A stretch of 62,919 bases of DNA, filler included, from Bonamia ostreae (taxonomy: Eukaryota), in the NCBI GenBank assembly GCA_040357525.1. It is 33 parts of 33 records of this genome, joined end to end, with 100 filler letters (N's around TTAATTAATTAA, not from the genome) between each part and the next. Parts side by side here need not be neighbours in the genome. Positions count along the whole stretch, not along the records: positions 61,130 to 62,919 come from JBDODL010001323.1; 32 more parts are not named here. One strand, 5' to 3'. Below, piece by piece: positions 61,294-62,919 of the stretch (the stretch's first letter is position 1; each line of letters starts with the position of its first letter). A model generated the notes under the pieces. It saw only the letters and a program-made list of their open reading frames with translations. It searched no databases and was not told the origin of the DNA. Made by a program: the position numbers and the translations under genes.

Positions 61294-62919
61294 ACATTTA
61301 ATCGTAGTTTGCACTGACATGATTATTATATCTCCATTTGTACCTTATATTTGGTTTACTGAAAGAGCTTTGACAATAATGAATGTTCTGAATCTATTGT
61401 AAGATCTGTAAAGTTTGAAAGTATAGCATACACGTAGTTTAGTAACAGACCATTCCATAGAAATGAAAATATAAGACACTTATCTTTTTGTCAGTGATTC
61501 TTTCATAAGGTATTGTGAAATTAAATATGCATCAATGCTATTGGTTTCCCAATCCTACCCATCATCCTTTTCGAGAAAGTTTCTCCTGGTAACCGGGCAC
61601 AGAAACTGCCAACCTGATATCTTCATNNNNNNNNNNTACACATTAAAAGCCAGGAAAGTGAAACTCTCAAAGACAATAAAAACAATATTGCTTTAAAAAG
61701 TCAACTCCATTCATCGACTTTATGCAAAATTAAAACCTGATAAATCGGGAAAGTAGTGGCTGTGTTACTCAGTAATAGTAATATATCTTTCATTTCAATA
61801 TTTAGATGCAGTGTCGCTGTCTATAAACAATCATACAATTAACCTTCCTGTAATAACTATGTGCGTCAAGGGTCATGGACGTGGACGTTATTTATTCTTT
61901 TCCTGTGTGGTAATTTGTTCAAATCATGATCCAGCTTTAGTTCTAAGGATGATATTGTGACAAAATTGTTTGATTGATTAAAGTATACTACATATAGATA
62001 CATGTTTATTGTTTGTACATGAACCCTTGTAGTTCTTAAGAAGATAACTTGTAAATCATTTTCTTACAAACAGAATGCATTTTATGTACCATGACCCCCT
62101 GATTATCTAACATATCAAATATGATTAGACATGCATGCTGGTAATTCTTGATAGGAATATAAATGTTTTTGTCCCTAAATTTTGAATATCTTTGTATTCG
62201 TAAATAAAAATATTAATACTGTATTTTTCTATTTCGTTGAATTGGATTATGAAACATGTGTATTTTAATTTTATGTTTTAGATATTCATTGTGATTATAC
62301 AAAACAGGCATCAGCTACCATAATACTTGATGATGGCGTATTCAGCAATGGTATATCATACCTTGTTCATAAATCAAATAACAGCAATGCAAGTACAAAA
62401 GGAAAACCTTCAGATGGATGACCTATCGCCGAGGACTGTATAATTGCATTATTTCATTGTGAGATAAACATTTGAAGTTGTCTACATAGATTTCTATATT
62501 TACTTTATAAAACATTATGTCATTGTTTTAACTTTAGAATCATTATGTCTACATACATGCATCATTTATTGAATATTGAATGTAGATATATCAGGATGTT
62601 TTGAATCATCATACCCCAGTGTTGTATGACTATGTTTGAGAAAAGGCTAAATAGGTTTATCCTGTTGCCCAATCCCATTCAGTATTACACAAAACTTTTT
62701 TTTTCAAGTTTATCATGCTATAGAAATAAACAACATTTTGCAGTAAAAGTGAAATATCGTGATATGTATAGTGTATGCTTACTCCTCATAGGCACTACAG
62801 TACGGCCAACACGGATCCCGTAATTTCCGCACTTTCCCGGCGGGATAGAGCCACCACGGTATATCTCAGGAAACCCTGCATATCCCACACTCTCCCGCGG
62901 TTCTGCTGTCCTCGCCGCG

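Overview
This window is not one continuous locus. It is an artificial pseudo-scaffold of 33 unrelated contigs of about 1.8 kb, sorted by decreasing length (1828 to about 1790 bp) and joined by 32 copies of a 100-nt linker (N44-TTAATTAATTAA-N44). Gene adjacency across linkers therefore has no meaning. Two genomes are mixed. About 24 contigs come from a very compact, AT-rich, gene-dense unicellular eukaryote. Recognisable genes include a REXO1-like exonuclease, PAM18, pyruvate dehydrogenase E2, HSP60, mitochondrial L35, Mago nashi, CPSF2, TOR, NVL/Rix7, TPI, eIF4E, SF3B2, VPS20, SCAR/WAVE, a tyrosinase, a DOCK GEF, ELOF1, PNKP, an EXS/XPR1 protein and a formin. About 9 gene-poor contigs look like bivalve (oyster) host DNA, based on an oyster-type SINE, an IFI44-like exon and frequent TACATGTA. 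The best inference is an oyster-infecting protist with a conventional mitochondrion, for example a haplosporidian such as Bonamia; this needs a database search to confirm. The main signal is the splicing system. Most fragmented ORFs are joined by GT-AG micro-introns of 19-32 nt with an atypical GTTTY donor, A-rich 3' ends and skipped proximal AGs. A second class of introns has been inflated by locus-specific minisatellites. Other highlights: start codons 16 bp apart, a templated insertion that may be a nascent intron, a parasite tyrosinase, a formin with a WASP-like acidic-Trp tail, and C-to-G skew switches inside long exons.
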